This document shows positions 62,331 through 64,000 of a DNA stretch of 64,000 nt, in pieces. The notes below the pieces were generated by a model that searched no databases, was not told where the DNA came from, and saw nothing but the letters and a program-made list of their open reading frames with translations. Position 1 is the first letter of the stretch, and every line of letters begins with the position of its first letter. This DNA comes from an uncultured Methanomassiliicoccales archaeon (GTDB taxonomy: Archaea > Thermoplasmatota > Thermoplasmata > Methanomassiliicoccales > UBA472): the NCBI GenBank assembly GCA_963695345.1, contig OY968769.1, positions 288,001 to 352,000 on the forward strand. The letters are read 5' to 3'. The position numbers and the translations under genes were made by a program.

Positions 62331-62837
62331 TCACACATTCCTGATAGCCCGCCACTTCTCCACCTTCTCATTGAATGGCATGCCAGCGTTCGCGGGGGAT
62401 GTGGAGGGCAGGGATTTGAAATTCACATCGGTGAATGAACGTTCATCATTTGACCGGAAGAATAGTTTGCTCGCCTTCTGCCCGTTGAAACAAATGCACC
62501 TGACATTGCGATAGTTGGCGGTCAGTTCCAAGAGATCGTTAGACACCCCACCGTTGATCTCAGAATCACCGCTTCCCTCTCTCTCGCATTCCCGTAGGAC
62601 ATCCCAGAGACCGATCCTATTCTGCCTGAGAAAACCGATCTTTTCCGCGTAGCCAGGGCTTTGCTCCAGACCCTGAGGTCTGTCAAATACCGCAAAGACG
62701 ATCCGCCAGAAATTGTTCCTTGGATTGGCGTAGTATTCGCCTTTTTGGAGCGAGATGGTGCTTGGCATCGTTCCCAGGATCAATATCCTTGTGTCGGGAT
62801 CAATGACAGGCGCGAACGAACGCAATTCCTTTGACAC
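62331..62837 (-). CDS. Hypoxanthine-DNA glycosylase (UDG family 6-like)
   Basis: ILILGTMPS, YYANPRNNFW, GLWDV, FNG, LPSTSPAN. Confidence 0.9.
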   Translation of the reverse strand: MSKELRSFAPVIDPDTRILILGTMPSTISLQKGEYYANPRNNFWRIVFAVFDRPQGLEQSPGYAEKIGFLRQNRIGLWDVLRECEREGSGDSEINGGVSNDLLELTANYRNVRCICFNGQKASKLFFRSNDERSFTDVNFKSLPSTSPANAGMPFNEKVEKWRAIRNV

Positions 62838-62993
62838 TTATGTTCCTCGATACGATACAATGAATCACGTTCATTTCACTATCCTCGAACGATCTGAACC
62901 ACATCAAAACCATCGCAAGAAAGGGATTATAGATGTACTTGCATCGGATTAGCTCAACGGTCGTCCAGACGACTGATGGATGGGTGGGTGCAA

Positions 62994-64000
62994 ATGTCAG
63001 AAGATATTCCTCGGATCATCGTCACTGACATCGGAGAGTACATCGATAAAGGCAGCTGCGCCCGCAACTTCAGGCTCAGGCTGGACAAAGGGCAGGAGGC
63101 CAGGAAATTCCCATTCTTCCCGGCGGTGCGCAAACCCCTGAACCCCATCCTGGCGATGAACGGCCAAAGATTGGAGGACCAATGGGCCGAGGACTTTTCC
63201 AGGACGATGACCTATCTCAATCCTCCCACATCCGACAATGACAAGGGGGAGATCACCTGGACCGATTTCCTGGAAAGGATCAGGGGGATCGAACCCGGAA
63301 AACCTGTTTTTGCCAGGGAGGTCGAGATATCCCGCCAGATCGGGTCGTTCCTGGTCTCGGGAAGGATGGACTTCCTCCTCCTGCGATGGGAGGGTCGAAC
63401 CCCGGTACTGAGGATAGTCGAATGCAAGGCCAGCCGCAGGGACAAGACCTATCACCGGATACAGCTGGCAGCCTACCGGCTGATGGTCGGGGAAGCGCTG
63501 GCCGAGGAACCAGGGGATATCGGCAACCCGATCAAGCATGCGGTGCTGGAATCGGTGGTGGCCCGGATCGATGAGGAATCGAACCAGAACCAGGATGCCC
63601 TGGCCCTGCCCTCACTGGACCTAAGGGAGGAAATGGATGACCTCAGGCAACTGCTATCTTCGAACGGCATATTCGAAAACATCTCCCGCACCCCCTTGGA
63701 GAAACTCGGCTACCGTTTGGAACCCAAGTGCGATTCCTGTCTCTATTGTCCGATCTGTTTGCCCGAGAGCGCCAGGCTGAGGCGGATCGAACTGATCGGC
63801 ATCGACCATTCGGCGGTCAGCATACTGCTCAAGAACGGGATCGATACCATCGATGCCCTGGCGGACCTGGACCCGTCATCGGGAGCGGCCCGTAACCTCC
63901 TGCGGAGCCCCGGTTTCAGCATAGACCTGGGCGACCTGATCATCAAGGCGAAAGCCCGCCGCTCCACCCTCAGGGATAAACGGGAAGGCGATTGGCCTGT
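62994..64000 (+). CDS. Cas4/RecB-like PD-(D/E)xK nuclease, N-terminal part of a probable nuclease-SF1 helicase (Dna2-like); runs off window, not in ORF track
   Basis: Own translation: MSEDIPRIIVTDIGEY...SCARNF...SGRMDFLL...IVECKASRRDKTYHRIQLAAY...KCDSCLYCPIC. Confidence 0.8.
   Translation, partial: MSEDIPRIIVTDIGEYIDKGSCARNFRLRLDKGQEARKFPFFPAVRKPLNPILAMNGQRLEDQWAEDFSRTMTYLNPPTSDNDKGEITWTDFLERIRGIEPGKPVFAREVEISRQIGSFLVSGRMDFLLLRWEGRTPVLRIVECKASRRDKTYHRIQLAAYRLMVGEALAEEPGDIGNPIKHAVLESVVARIDEESNQNQDALALPSLDLREEMDDLRQLLSSNGIFENISRTPLEKLGYRLEPKCDSCLYCPICLPESARLRRIELIGIDHSAVSILLKNGIDTIDALADLDPSSGAARNLLRSPGFSIDLGDLIIKAKARRSTLRDKREGDWP

Noticed and set aside
62994-64000. Cas4-like gene as evidence of CRISPR-Cas
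   Set aside because: No array or other cas genes in the window; the ORF continues well beyond a solo Cas4

Overview
Archaeal chromosome segment, most likely an environmental Methanomassiliicoccales (Thermoplasmata). This is inferred from archaeal-type GlyRS, ValRS with a PMHTS variant of KMSKS, a BHB-intron tRNA-Cys, class III signal-peptide pilins and BspA/FN3 surface proteins. About 1-36 kb is GC-rich core genome: homocitrate-synthase-family gene, pyrK/pyrD, an Fe-S cluster region with three cysteine-desulfurase homologues and two IscU, biotin carboxylase, thpR, an ABC exporter, FNR-like reductase plus ferredoxin, amidohydrolase-USP-CBS-glyS-CBS/HPF, and valS. After tRNA-Gly(GCC) at 35.9 kb the DNA becomes more AT-rich and accessory. 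The most striking locus (41.9-47.2 kb) encodes three different clan-CD (caspase-fold) proteases. One is a receptor-like protein (BspA-LRR + FN3 ectodomain, one TM helix, cytoplasmic CHAT protease), followed co-directionally by a metacaspase, with a divergent clostripain; a wHTH/nucleotidyltransferase TA-like pair lies next to it. Other highlights are a thioredoxin held on an 8xFN3 stalk above a CcdA/DsbD domain, and two IscS-IscU pairs with reciprocal loss of conserved residues. Caveat: roughly 25 apparent small-indel frameshifts, including several in essential valS, indicate unpolished long-read sequence, so split ORFs were rejoined by eye. All family calls come from motif recognition, not database searches.
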